DNA of 64,000 nucleotides from assembly GCF_018350175.1 (NCBI RefSeq), contig NC_058368.1, positions 123,010,001-123,074,000 on the forward strand, read 5' to 3'. The DNA comes from Felis catus (taxonomy: Eukaryota). The notes below the pieces were generated by a model. That model had not been told where the DNA came from and ran no database searches. It was given only the letters and a program-made list of their open reading frames with translations. The translations under genes and the position numbers were made by a program. Each line of letters starts with the position of its first letter. The first letter of the stretch is position 1. Shown here in pieces: positions 23,530-37,455 of this stretch.

Positions 23530-26243
23530 CTTAGAAATACAAGCCAGATAGAGGGAAACAATTACCAGCTATAGAGGGTTTAAGATTTAAGAAAAATACA
23601 GAGTTTCTAATCTTTAACATTTGCATGCCTCCACACTTTAAAATGGGAGATGATTTATAATGAAATCAACTATAATACATATTTGAGGAAATAAGCAACA
23701 ACAACAAAAATGAAAATACAAGATATATGTGGTAAGGATGAGCAACAAGGATGAAGGGAGAATGCTCACAGGTTAAACTCAGAGATGAAATGAGTCATCA
23801 GTTTCACTTTGAGTTTCTGGATAGACGTGAAAAGAAAATGAAAGAAATAGACCATGCGACAAAAATCTTAGAAAAGAAGCAGTTTTTAGGGAGGACAATT
23901 TTTTTTTTTTCCTCTAAATTCTGCAGGAAGCTTTTCCCATAAGACGTCATGGAGTGGATATTAAGTAAAGTCATGCCCAACTGCAGTTTTGCTCATCAGC
24001 TGCATGAGCATTAAATGTATTTAGTGCCCCCCTCCCCCTGCCCCCACACACGCCCAGTGTATTTATTCCCAGGTCCTTCCCTTGGAAGTTCTGACTCAGC
24101 AAGTCTAAACATGTGATCTACCAGGTCCATAGTATATTTTTTCTTAATTGAAAACATGTAATTAGAAATTAAGATTCAGAAAGTACTTTCCTAATTTTTA
24201 CTTCTTTTGATAATAGCCTAGTGAGGTTCCTCAGATTTTTTTTTTAATAAGAAAGGTAATTTATACCTTAAGGTGTCTAGTGACTTAAGACACTAGGGGA
24301 CTTGAATCCCTATGATTCATTTCAAGTGATGCTGGACAACAGGAAATATGATTTTAAGTCTATTAAGATAAAGAAGTTTTACCAATGTGATTGAGCAGAG
24401 GTTGGGAGGGTCTCAGATTAGTTAAGTGTCCAGTCTATTGGATGATTTGCTTTTGAGACCTTGCCCCACTTTGTTCATCATCTGAGAATGTGTGCAGAAG
24501 TTCACCTTCTTGGTAAAGATCTTTTAATGCCCACTCCTTTTTCCAGGTGTTTCTCCTTATCTCCTTCCTCCAAGGCATGTCCAAGGCACTTTTATACCTA
24601 TCTGTATCGTTTCCCTCCACAGTCCTGGGGTACACTGTCCCACCTGATAGTACAGACTATCGACTTCTCAATGGCTGGACATCATTATTTATCTTGATAG
24701 TACTGGCAGAATAGTAGGTACCGATTAAATAAGCACTAAAAGAATAAAATATGTAAGAAAGGGGCATATGTTGTAGAAGGAAGATAGGATATCTATGTAT
24801 CTATTTATCTATCTTAATTTAGGGAATATGTAGAACTTTGGCCACATTTTGTATACTGGGGCATTGCTGTGAGTCACTTAATTCTAAAGTGGTGACTTGA
24901 TTTTGATTAGATGTGGCAATTATCATACATGTGCAACTTTTAAAGCTACTTATTAAATGCACAGTCACTATTGTTTAAAGAGACACTCCTGACCAAACCA
25001 TTCAAAATGTAATCTTTGCCTTAGAGGCTTCCTTCTTTCTAGCCCAGTTTTTTAATATCCCTAAATTGAGCCATTCCTCCCAGCCCATTAGAGCATCTAT
25101 AATTGCTTCATGAATCTACTCAAAGTTTTTTTTATACACAGTTAAAAATAAATCTGGCATTAAGATCTGGAACAATTAAGTTCCCAAGATTTTTAACATT
25201 TTCATAAGGAGTAAAGTGAAACTCAAGGAGGCCAATAGACAACCAGTAAGTAGCCAAGTTAGAATTTGAACTTACTTTTTCTCTGTGTCTTCTGCTCTTT
25301 CTAACCCTTCATATTGCCTTGTCTGTTGGACTGGCTTATACACTGAACTGCTAGGGTAGCACTCTAAAGATTAAGGGTGTGGGTACCAATGGGTAGAGGT
25401 GCATCCCAGCAGCCTGAATTAATCAGCTAAGGGTCAGGACACCTGCAACAAGAGGTAGGCTATTCCCTGAGATGATGGAAACAGAAACATGCAAACATAA
25501 GTGAATGTTTTTAGAAACGTAGCTGGCTTTGGCGTGAGAATCAGATGTGTCTGGGTTGGGCTTGTTTTGATTCTAATGCCCAGGACTGACTTCTGTCCTT
25601 AGAAGCTCATGGAAAAGAGTGGACTAAGTCCCTGAGTAATCTGATAGTAGGTTGCTGAGCTTACATTCCTAAGACCTAGGTTAGGAAATGAAGACAGTAG
25701 GGAAAAGGAGGATTCCTAGACAAGATACGAAATAGAAGTTGAGAAAGGCCATGCTTCCTGGAGATGCATGTAAGGTAACTCAGTTAACCAAAGGTGTAGT
25801 GTTTTATTTCTATGGGAAACTTGAAGGCCTGTGTAAGATCACATAGTGTTTTCAAGTGCCTCCTCCTACAATGGTCTCTGCTCTCCACTAGCACAACTGC
25901 TTAGTAACAGAAGGCACACCCCAGAATAAGGCTGCCTACGTTCACATCTTTCCCTCTTCCCTTACTAACATGGCCATGTTAGTGACTTGGTCACATTCTT
26001 TACTTACAAAATTAAAGAAGAGGAAGAATACCATGTCATAGTGGTGTTTGAATTAAATTAGGTACTACATACATAACACTCTGCTTAATGCTTAATACAG
26101 AGTAAGTACTCAGTTCATGCTAGCTGCTGATATAATAGTTACCTTCCCAGCTATATCATTTCTGTTTTGATATTTCTGTCTTTTCAGGAAAGAATAGAAT
26201 AAGGAGAAAGCAGGTGTTTCTGAGCGCTCAGACTATACTGTTT

Positions 26244-26711
26244 GTAGTTCCCCCTTTTTGTGGTTTTGCTTTCCGTAGTTCCAGTTACCCACAGTCAACA
26301 GAGGTCTGGAAGCAGATCCTCTTTCTGATATAATGTCAGATCATCAACAGAAACCTAACACTGTATCACAGTGCCTGTGTCATTCACCTCACTTCATCTC
26401 ATCATGTAGCCATTTCATCATCTCACATCATCAAAAGATGAGGAAGGGGGAGTACAGTACAATAAGATTTTCTGAGAGAGAGAGAGAGAGAAACCACATT
26501 TACATAACTTTTCTTGTGGCATATTATAATTCTTCTATTTTATTATTAGTTACTGTTGTTAATCTCTTACTGCGCCTAATATGTAAATTAAACTTTATTA
26601 TAGGTAAGTATGTAGAGGAGAAAACATATATATGGGATTCGTACTGTCTACGGTGTCAGGTGTCCCCTGGCATCTTGGAATGTATCCCTCACAGATAAGG
26701 GGGGACTACTC
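26244..26711 (+). mobile_element. MER44/Tigger7-type DNA transposon relic in C5orf46 intron 3
   Basis: Terminal inverted repeats gtagttccccctt...aaggggggactac with MER44-like subterminal sequence. Confidence 0.75.
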
Positions 26712-27038
26712 TAAATACAACTATATGGGACTAGAGAGCTTGTTAGTCTTTTCTCCTGGAATGAGGTTCAGCAGAGCTCACTCTTCTCATGAGTAACTAA
26801 TTGCACGATTACATGGGCCCTTCTATTTTAGTGCACACACTCCCCTCACGTCATAGGTGCTATGTGCGCAAGGCAAGTTACTGATAGCATTGTAGCAGGA
26901 CCAGGTCTCCTAACTCCCAGTGCTTTCTTGTTTCTTCCCATAGTTGGGCCTCCTCTCTTAAGATAATCTTATTAGGTCAGTGACTTTATGGTGATAAAAA
27001 ATACTTATATTTAAAATTAATTTTAAGAAACTGCTGCA

Positions 27039-27400
27039 GGGGCGCCTGTCCACCTATTGGACAGTACAGGTCTAGAAGTCCAACACATGTAGCTCTAGTC
27101 CTTTGGGAGCTCTTGGGATTCAATGACAAACCTCAGTATCCTGATAATAATGTACGTGTTTGTGATTAAGATTGTCTGAATGGAGGGAACAGTCCAACCA
27201 ATAATGATGTCGGTTAAGCGTCCAACTCTTGATTTCGGCTCAGGTCATGATCTCACGATTCATGGGATGGAGCCCCACATCGGGCTCTGTGCTGTCAGCT
27301 TAGGATTCCCTCTCTCCCTCTCTCTCTGCCCCTTCCCTGCATATGCTCTTGCTCTCTGTGATCTCTCTCTCAAAATAAGTACATAAACATTTTTAAAAAA
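27039..27400 (+). mobile_element. Can-SINE whose head is split by a ~160-bp unrelated insert
   Basis: ggggcgcctg at 27039-27048; the consensus resumes as gtcggttaagcgtcc at 27209. Confidence 0.7.
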
Positions 27401-27566
27401 TTGAAAAATGAAAGCGAAAACAAACCAAAAAAACCCCACTTTTTCTGCTTATAAGTAGGCATGGGGGTGCCCAAATCAATTGAATAAAATAAGACAGATC
27501 CTTTTTCTTTGTTAAATATTCTATTATTTTAGTTGTAAATTGTAAGTTAAGAATCACCTGGGGAAG

Positions 27567-27615
27567 TCACTTTGCTGAATGTTCTCCTTGTTTATCATCA
27601 AATTCCATAAATCCT
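27567..27615 (-). CDS. C5orf46: C5orf46 orthologue, coding exon 3 ((T)GFMEFDDKQGEHSAK-stop); joined protein is 84 aa
   Basis: T-rich tract and caag acceptor; phase matches exon 2; TGA at 27569-27567; CAG|GTGATT donor 9 nt later (exon ends 27558). Too short for the ORF track. Confidence 0.93.
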
Positions 27616-28122
27616 CTTGAAAAATAAAAGAAAGAGAAAAAAGTGGATTATGATTGAGATTAAGCAAGAAAATTAGAATGATCACTAGAATGTCTTATAA
27701 TGTTTGAGCCACTATTTTTTTCTGCAGATCTTCCTATGTCATAAATAAAATAAGATTTAAGACTTCCATAACATTTGTAGTTTGCAAGCTATTTATGCAT
27801 GATTATCTCTTTCAGTTTGCCAACAAACCTATTCATGGGTGTCTGTTCACATATAAATTGTATAAGACAGATATTTTGGTGTATTTGTTTAGTAATATAT
27901 CCCTAGTAACTAGAACAGTTCCTGGCATATAGTATAAATGAATAGATGTTGGAATTAAATATTAAATAAATGGATAAATTAATTTTTATCTCATATGGTG
28001 TATGAAAAAACTTCTAAAGCTCAAAGAGATTAAACAACCTCTCCCAGACACATGGCTGATAAATGGCAAAGCAAAGTCTAAAACTGGGATCTCCAGGATC
28101 TGAGGTTAGTATTAGAACCATT

Positions 28123-28342
28123 AGGGGCGCCTGGGTGGCGCAGTTAAGCGTCCGACTTCAGCCAGGTCACGATCTCGCGGTCCGTGAGTTCGAGCCCCGC
28201 GTCAGGTTCTGGGCTGATGGCTCAGAGCCTGGAGCCTGTTTCGGATTCTGTGTCTCCCTCTCTCTCTGCCCCTCCCCCGTTCATGCTCTGTCTCTCTCTG
28301 TCCCAAAAATAAAATAAACGTTGAAAAAAAAATTTTTTTTAA
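28123..28342 (+). mobile_element. Young SINEC_Fc-type SINE in C5orf46 intron 2
   Basis: CpG-rich and nearly identical to the copies at 44307 and 52879; TSD agaaccatt. Confidence 0.93.
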
Positions 28343-30435
28343 AGAACCATTGTACTGAAAAGATAAAGATGATTAAAATGTGGCCTGTGAGGAGTTTACA
28401 GTCTAGTGGAAAAAAATAGACACAATCAGATACAAGTAATTTAAAACAACTAGAGGGAAAGAAAATTGGTGTGAAAGTTCCTACAAAGCATAATGAAATC
28501 CAAAGTATGAATACCTGCATGTTGTAATCGTAGGGGTCTCTGATGTCTTCATAGAGCTTGTCTTTGAATTGGACTTTAGAAAATGATTAGACTTTCTAGG
28601 TAAACAGAATGGAGTTGGAGTTGGGGACCAGACCTTGTTGGCAGACGGAAGAGCCATGTGCAAACATGTTAGGGGTTTATACATACATGACCGGTTCTGA
28701 AACAAATCATTTGTCATTAGGGGCATCGGGTATTTGACTTCAGGAGTGAAATATGCAATTGATTGGCTTCAGGGAAGAACATTTAACACCAGTTGAATGC
28801 ATTTGTTCTGATTTTGTAGGCTGTGGAAATTCAAGAAAAAAGGTTTCAAGAATGACGGTGATGGAACCTAATTTGTGTTTTTACTGTATAACTCTGGTAA
28901 TAAGTAGAGGATGGTTTGCAGTGAGGACAGACAGAAACGGTGGAACTCACCATAAATCTAATAAAAAGAACTCAGTAAAGAGGTGATGAAGGACTCCACC
29001 AGGCCAACTAGTCAGTGGAGTTGAAGAAAAGGAATGATACAGGAGAAAAATTTAGAAGTAGAATATTCAGCAATGTGATGAAGGTGGTGACAAGCAAGAA
29101 AGATCCACAAGGACCCTGAGGTTTCTGGATTCCAGGTGGGTGGGGATGTGACATGTGAGGAGATAAGGAACATGTGAGGAGGAGCAAGTTTGTGGGGTGA
29201 TGGGTTTGGGGAGCAGTTGTAGCAAGCAATTAATCATTTCAGTCTGTAGCTCAGAAAAAAGAAGGCAATAGACATCTGATTTTGGAAGTCATTGGATCCC
29301 AATACTACCCATGTGAAAACCCATGCAGGTTACATTTGGAGCTTTGAAGAGAAATATTTAAGGGGAAGATACATAAAGAAAAGCCCTATAAAAAGAATGA
29401 GAAAGAGTGGCTAGAGGCAGAGAGAGAAACAGGAAAATGCCATGTCATGGAAACCCAGCAGGTGAGGGGAAATTCACAACAATTGGAGCCTTTGGGGGGG
29501 GGGGGTCAGAAGAATTAAGAATATGTATATTTTTCAGAACAATGGTGACCAGAATCCAGTTCACATGGCTCTAAAGTAATCCAGAGTGGAGAAGGTGAGC
29601 TATTGTATTCACTGTCCTGAAAACACATATCTAGTATTTTTACGTGCCTGACACACTACTTAGGCATCAAGATATGGAGTATATAAAGACAATTCTCATA
29701 TTTATCAAGTACCGCATTCCTGTCATTCTGTCTTTCTACTCAAATCTCACTGAGTCTTTTAAGACCCAGATTGCATCTCATCTTTGCTATAAACATACCC
29801 CTAAGCATCCTGGTATCAACCACAGCTCCTTTCTGTAGAAATTGCCTGTGATGTTTTGCTGACATTTATCTTATTTAGCATATTAGTCATTACTGCTTTT
29901 GCTGGGTCATCATACCATAAGGACTGCAAATCTTTGAGAAGGGATTTACATTTGAGTTTTTTCCTTCAAATTTCTGCCCCTACTTTGTGTATACTAAGTG
30001 CTTAGAAATACTTCTTGATGATCTCCTCCCACTCCCCATCCCCATCCTATCTATGGTCTTCCCTTGGACAAAGGACAGCTAGATTTTTCCCCTGAGCAAG
30101 GACTGCTATGTCTTTCAACAAAGATCCCCCAGGATTTCTCAGTCAAATTGCAGTAATAGGTTTTATATCTGATCTTGAAGATACCTTTCCTTAATTAATC
30201 AATTCAACAATTATTCACTAAGTGCCTCACTTAACCTATAAGGTACTGTGTTAGAGCCAGAAGCTAGTTAGATCTGGTCCCTATTTTCATATAGCCACAT
30301 GGTTGAAAATAAAGGTGGTGATATATGTTATAATTGCACTATAATTGCACAAGATAAAGTAATAGAAAACTAGGGAATAAAAGAAGATAGTGTTAATAAG
30401 AGTGATTATAGAATTGTTTTCTGAGGAGGTGACTT

Positions 30436-30612
30436 CTTAAGTTTATAAATTTTGAGAGAGAGAGAAAGAGAGAGAACGCCAGCAGGGCAGGGGCAGAGAG
30501 AGAGGGAAAGAATCCCAAGCAGTCTCCATGCTGCCAGCACGGAGCCCGAGATCACGACCTGAGCCAAAATCAAGAGTCGGACACTCAACCAACAGAGCCA
30601 CCCAGGCGCCCC
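30436..30612 (-). mobile_element. Can-SINE with 16-bp TSD
   Basis: tctgaggaggtgactt at 30420-30435 and 30613-30628. Confidence 0.9.
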
Positions 30613-32396
30613 TCTGAGGAGGTGACTTTTAGATGAGCTGCAGGACAAGCACTAGCTACAAGAGAAGGGAAGAGCCTTTTAGGCAGAAACAAAAGCAAGG
30701 TCAGAGAGCCTGAGATGGTTTTAAGTTCCAGAAACAGGAAAAACATCATTTGCATAGAAAACAACGAGGAACGGAGAAGATGGTTGAAGTGGAGTTGCTG
30801 TTCCTGAACCCTGAGCTGACAGCAAGCAGTTCTCCAGTATTTCCAACAGTGAGCTTCCAGGGTTAACAGAGAAGAATAAAAGCAGTATTTTTTCATGTCT
30901 GGGGAATTCCCCAGGGAAGGAATAAAAAGAAATATTGTTTCAACTCCTTGCTTGCTGTTGTTTTGATTTACAACAATAGGAATTCAGCTGGAGTGTAATA
31001 TGTACTTTGTACATAGTGGGCGTTGCTCCTGCTTGCTTGTCAGTTTCTTCTTGTTTACATTAACAGTCATTGTAACTCAGCAGTTGCAAAAGCAACCACA
31101 ATAGAAAAATAACAATGCAAAAATAAATATCTGTGAGTTTCAATAATTTGTGCATAAGGATGGTATGCAGAATCCTGCCCATCCACATGATAATATATTG
31201 GTCTAAGCAGATCACAGATTACAACATGGCCCCTGATGATTTCTAAAGAGAAGTGATTCTTAATCTGTTATTGGTCATAGACCCCTTTGAGAATCTAATA
31301 AAAGTCAGAAGCATTTTCCTTAGAAAAATGCAAAGATGCACACTTACACAAAATGTGAATAAAAATTTAACGGGTATGCAGACCATCAAGGGCCAGCATT
31401 GTAGTCCAGAGCATTTCAAAATTGATGGGATATCAGAATTACCAGAAAGCTTGTTCTCAAGTGTACCCTTAGCTTTGTCCTAGGAAGACACAAGATGGGA
31501 TGAAGGAAAACTCATTTTGTATAAATTCTCCAGGAGAGTATAGACCACACATTGTCAAACTCTGCTTAGGGATCTAGGAAGGGGAGAATTAGAGGCAGAG
31601 ACTCCATGAGGTGGAGATTGAAAGCACCTGGCAATTCAGAACAAACTGGATCCCAGAGAGCTGAAAGTGGGGAGATTACTGTGGGGCAAATAAGAACAGG
31701 GTGAAGTAGATGTGAAAATCAGAGCCTGTGTAGACTGGAGTAAGATGTGTTAGGAGTTGTGTGCAGGGGCTCGGAAGCAGGTGGAGAACATTGGGAAGAT
31801 TCTGGGCTGTATGCGCTGCCACCATGGCAATCCCTCATGATCAACACTCGTATGAGAGGTTCTCCAGATTGTCTCTGAGGAGAGATCAGCTAGTCTCTCT
31901 AACCCTCTTGAGTTTCTCAAACTAGAAAATAAAGGCGGGACTCACCACATGTATCACTAATGAACACATCACTACCCACCACCTTCACCAAAGAATTACA
32001 GTGCCTGCCCTGGGTGGGTCCTTTATTCCTTTAACTTTACAGATGAGGAAACTGAGGCACTCAGCGAGGGAGGGCCTTGCTCAAGGTCATCCAGCCAAGT
32101 AGCACATGTGTCAAGACCAGAACCTGGCTTTCTGTTCCCTGGTCCAGTGCACTTCCTCCTTCCTACTTGGTCTCGAGATTAAAAATATTTTACAGAAGCA
32201 CTTGTTGGAAATGCGTACACTCCAAAAGAGTTCAGGGAAATTTATTCAGATGCAAATATATCTCAAGATAGGGCAATACTTTTCAACTCAAATAATACAT
32301 TGTCATGCACCACAGTTTTGTTTCTCATTCATTTTAATGCAATGCAGTCATTACCAACAGCAAACTGGACAAAAGCAAGGTTTGTCACAGTGCTTA

Positions 32397-32609
<213 letters not shown>

Positions 32610-33794
32610 TTAGACCGCTTTTTACCCCCTTTCATTAATTATACAGCCTCGTACAGTTATATTTGTTGAACATTTAATGCCTGCCTGGCCAAAGTCATCA
32701 CATGCATCATCTCAGTTGTTCCTAAAAACAACAGGTGTCGATACTTAGGTAGACGTTGATTTCCTTCCTGGTTGAGAAAATTGAAGCTCATGGAAGTTAA
32801 GTAACTTGTCCACAGTTAAGCAGCCAGTTCCAGCATTGAAATACAGAATGCCCATTTTAATGTACTTTTCTCCATGCAATCCCGGCAAGCGGTAATGAGA
32901 ATAATGATGGCATAATAATGGGTAGCATTTGTTGAGCATATACCTATGTCAGACAAGCTAATATGTTGTTACATCATTTTATTCTCACAGCAGCCCTGTG
33001 AGGTAGGCAAAACTCTTATCTCAAGTTTAAGTTCAAGAAGTGGAAGTTGAGAGAGGTTTACGAGCTGGTTCAAAGTCACAGAGTTAGTCAGCAGCCAAAA
33101 CAGAATTCAATCCCATGTCTGACTAGTACTAAAATCTGGATTTGTAAGCACTCTGTGCAGAACTGCATAATGCCCCCCCCCACCTTATTAACGATAGAAA
33201 TATCTTTGTTTCTTTATATTGTCTAATTTTTCTACCACAGAGATTACTTATAAAATACAAGTTATCAACAACAAAAATGAGCTGAATAGCCTTTGACAGC
33301 AAAGCTACGATCTAACCACAAGTGTAAGATTGAAAGTAGAATAATAAGGATGATGACAAGGAGAAATTCTATCATTTGTACATCATTTTATAGTTCTGTA
33401 AATAATGACTTTGTAAATGCTGTGTGATTTTACCCTTGACCAGTCTTACGAGGGACGCAGTTCTTAGTTCACTGGACTAAGAAACTGAAAGGATTAAGTG
33501 ACTTGCAAGAGACCTCGCAAATAGCAAGAGAAGATGGAACTATAAATTCAGGTTTCTTATCCTTCACTTTTAATCAAGTGCCTTTTGCAAGGAGGACCAA
33601 GGGTCCAGGGAGTGAGGTTGGTGACATGCAAGTTCCTTTGGGGCGTTTTGGCTTTGCTTAGTGTTCTCACTGGTTCAGGAGATTAAAAGTAATGGAAGAG
33701 TGGCAGTTAGTAGCTTCAAGTGGACTCCCCTCTGGACGCTGGTGCCAGGATAAAGTGGGATTTTTGTCTTTTAGTTTTAGTGTAGCCTCACACA

Positions 33795-34082
33795 TAGTGT
33801 CGCCAGATTCAGTAAATAAAAATACAGGATACCCAATTAAATGTCAGATACACAACAATTTTTTTAAATTTTGGTATAAGAATGACCATGCAATATTTAG
33901 GTCATATTTAAACTAAAATTGTGGGGCATCTGGGTGGCTCAGTGGGTTAAGCGTTCGACTTCAGGTCATGATCTCTGCGGTTTGTGAGTTTGAGTCCCTC
34001 ATTGGGCTCTGTGCTGACAGCTTGGAGCCTGAAGCCTGCTTCACATTCCGTGTCTCTTTATCTCTCTCTGCCCCTCCCCTGC

Positions 34083-34137
<55 letters not shown>

Positions 34138-34220
34138 AATAAGTAAACATTAGAAGATTATTCATTGTTTATCTGAAATTCAGATTAGACTGGGTGTCCT
34201 GTATTTCACATGGTAACCCC
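33795..34220 (+). mobile_element. MER53 hAT-type palindromic element interrupted by a Can-SINE (33923-34152)
   Basis: Left arm gccagattcagtaaataaaaatacaggatacccaatt and right arm tgtttatctgaaattcag...ctgggtgtcctgtattt flank a SINE. Confidence 0.7.
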
Positions 34221-36099
34221 ACCACAAGTTTTGATTCAAAGAGTTCCAACATCTAGGCACTGTTTGCCGACTCTGAATGAAGGAGACATAACTAGCTTTT
34301 AGTGTGGAGGCTGTCAAAAATTATGTTAGAAGGCTTGCATCTGTATTGTATCCTAAAATAGAAACTCTTAGTCAAAACATGTGGCTTTGGATTTTGCAAA
34401 CATTTGTTGTTTACTATGCCACAAGAAAAGATTTGATAGGAGCACCAGACTGGGACCTATAACCAAAATCAGTATACCAATTACTTATTCATTCAGCTTT
34501 AATGTTTTCATGAAGTATTTTTTTTTCAGCTTACTATTAGGTACATAGCATATGCTAAGAGTTGAGATATGAATGAACATACTAGACATGATCCTTACAT
34601 AAAGTGCAGGGCCACCTCAGTGACCAGAATTGCTCTCTGTTCTCATCACTGGAAGAAGGAAAGATAATGCCAACTGAGCAGGTACTGGGATTGTGTTTTC
34701 ATGATGTGCCTTAATCTTTATTTAGTTCAGTGAAGGTATTAACAGTTTTATAGAAGAGAAAACAGGTGCTCAGAGAAATTAAATGACTCACCTAAAATCA
34801 TACATCTAGAATATGGTTGAGCCAGGGTTTGAACCTAAATTGTTTTAACTACACAGAGCACATTATCTACATGATATAATACTATCTTCAAGCAGTTTCC
34901 CCTGAAGACATTTACCAGGTACAAAACAGCAATTCCTTGCATGAAAAGTGAGTTCCTTTTTCCCGTGTTGCTATATGGTTACTTGCATACTAAGTTAATT
35001 TTATTGACTTTTTATTTTAATACGACACAAATGCTAGCCTGTCAATATGCAAAGAGCCCTAGTTTGGAATATGTGTGAAGTTTGGATCATAGGCTCCAGT
35101 CCTTGAACCACATCTATATTAGGAGGTTTTAGAGTATGATGGACCATATGTTTTGGAGTCCTATATACTTGAGTTTGATTCTTGTCTTCAACAAAAAAAA
35201 ATCCACCATGGAACCTTGCACACAATTCTTAAATACTTTGTCTCTCAATTTATTCATTGTGTTATTGTCAAGATTGAAAGATATTTTATATATCTTTCAC
35301 ATGTAAAATATCTATGAAATGTGTATATATATATGTACACATATATATATACACACATATATATATACACATACATACACTACTTATCACAGTACCAGGC
35401 CCAAGGTAAGTCCACAATAAATGCTTGCTGTATTATCATGAATATATATTATATATAATATAATGGGTGCATATATATAATAAATTATATATAATATATA
35501 ATAATGGGTACATATATTATGAACTATAATGTTAATAATAATAATAGTAGCAACAAAATGATTAATATTAGCTTTTTCCTGTAGTGCTTTAGGAGATTAT
35601 GAAAATTTTAAAAAGTGGTTAAAATATTAAGAAATTTGAAAATGTTGAAAAACAGAAAAAGAAACAATAAAAATCAAATTTGAAATACTGTAAACAAACT
35701 ATTAAAGCTAATAGCAGAGTATTTTTTCTTTTCAAATATAATATGGACTGGCCTTTATTTACATTAACTCCTTGGTTGAGTTTTTCAGTCAATGTAATTA
35801 TAAAGTTCTGAAAAAAATACAGTGCTGCTGATATTTGTATAGTATTTATTGTTTACAAAGTGATTATAAAGGCAAATTCATTTGACCAGGTGAAGTTGAT
35901 TATTGTCCCATTTTACAGATGAAGAAACTGAGGTTCAAAGCAGTGAACTGATTGAACCAGTTTTAGGGTTTATGAGAGACAGCTGGGGACTGGTCCTTAG
36001 GCTATAAATCTCACCTTTCACTGTGCTGTGTTGATTACTTAAGGAGTTGATGGACCCGGTAGTGTCTGAGGCCACCTCTTTGGTAATTCTGTTATAAAT

Positions 36100-36346
36100 C
36101 TTTTTTTCTTAATTTTTGTTAATGTTTTATTTATTTTTGACTGAGAGAGGAGAGAGAGAGAGACAGAGACAGAGTACAAGTGGGGAAGGGGCAGAGAGAG
36201 AAGGAAACACAGAATCTGAAGCTGGCTCCAGGCTCTGAGCTGTCAGCACAGAAGCCCAACGCGGGGCTTGAACTCATGAACCATGAGATCGATCGTGACC
36301 TGAGCCAAAGTTGGACGCTTAACCAGCTGACCCACCCAGGTGCCCC
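36100..36346 (-). mobile_element. Can-SINE in C5orf46 intron 1
   Basis: Reverse-complement full-length SINE. Confidence 0.9.
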
Positions 36347-36611
36347 TGTGATAATTTCATTAGAGTGTGTGTCTGTATATTGTGCTGGTGGACTGTGGGT
36401 GGCTGAGGGTGTTGAGTTCTGCCAAGTTATATTTAGAAAAGCAAAAGGCTCTGTTACTAAATATTTGCACTGGCTTTGTTTTCTGACCTATCCTTCTGAA
36501 TTGAGACCAGTCAAGAGCTCACCATATTCTGCAGGCCAAAAGTAATGAGAATTTTGCAAGCTGCCTTGTGGTCCCCTATATCCTTGGAACGGGCATAACA
36601 GAAGTAAGCAT

Positions 36612-36830
36612 GGGGCATGTGGGTGGCTCAATCCTGTTAAGCATCTGAGTCTTGACCTTGGCTCAGGTCATGATCTCACTGTTTGAGATCAAGCCCACGT
36701 CAGGCTCTGTGTTGACAGTGCTGAGCCTGTTTGGGATTCTCTCTCTCCCTCTCTCTCTGCCCCTTCCCTGATGTTGCTCTCTCTCTCAAAATAAATAAAT
36801 AAATATTAAAAAAATAAATCTTTAAATAAG
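36612..36830 (+). mobile_element. Can-SINE in C5orf46 intron 1
   Basis: Head, CT tract and (AAAT)n tail. Confidence 0.88.
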
Positions 36831-37455
36831 ATGTAGGCACTTAATCATAACGGACAGAATGGAGGGACTGGGGATTTCAGACCCAGGCATGCCACGTCTA
36901 CCTGTGTCTATGCCCAAGTGACTTTCCTTCTGCAAGTTTTGTCTGTCAGCCTGCCAAAGGAGCATGATAAAACTTGGCATTTTTACTTAAGAGGATTATT
37001 ATGAGAATCAAATGAGATAATATGTGATAACAATAGCAGTTAATATTTATTGGGTGCTTATTAGGGACCAGATGTTTTTACAGTTTTTGTCTCTAATTTT
37101 CATGATAACTTTATGAGAAATTTAACTATTGATATTCCCTTCAACGTGTGAGGCCCAGACAGGTTAACTAACATGCCTGAAGTTAGATTTCTGATTAATG
37201 GTAGAACCAGGCCTAGGAGTCTTACTCCAGAGTATACATTTTTTTTTCCCTCCAAACATTATTAGTTAGAATCATCAAAAAATAAATTCCCCTCCTGGCT
37301 GTCAAGAAATGTATAATATGATAGTGTCGCGGTATCACATGACTACATAAGAAAAAAGGTCATTCCAAACTTCATTCATTCACTGAGGGTAGAGGCTGTA
37401 ATTGAAGCACATTTGAATAAAAATCCTTTCTTTTTGTTAGAAGATCTGCCTCTTG

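Noticed and set aside
24435..24635. Minus-strand ORF as the C5orf46 last coding exon
   Set aside because: The exon at 27615-27567 has the correct phase, splice signals and expected GFMEFDD sequence; this ORF has no recognisable homology.
27031..27048. Second CTCF-like motif (ctgcaggggcgcc)
   Set aside because: One G short of the core spacing and better explained as the start of a SINE.
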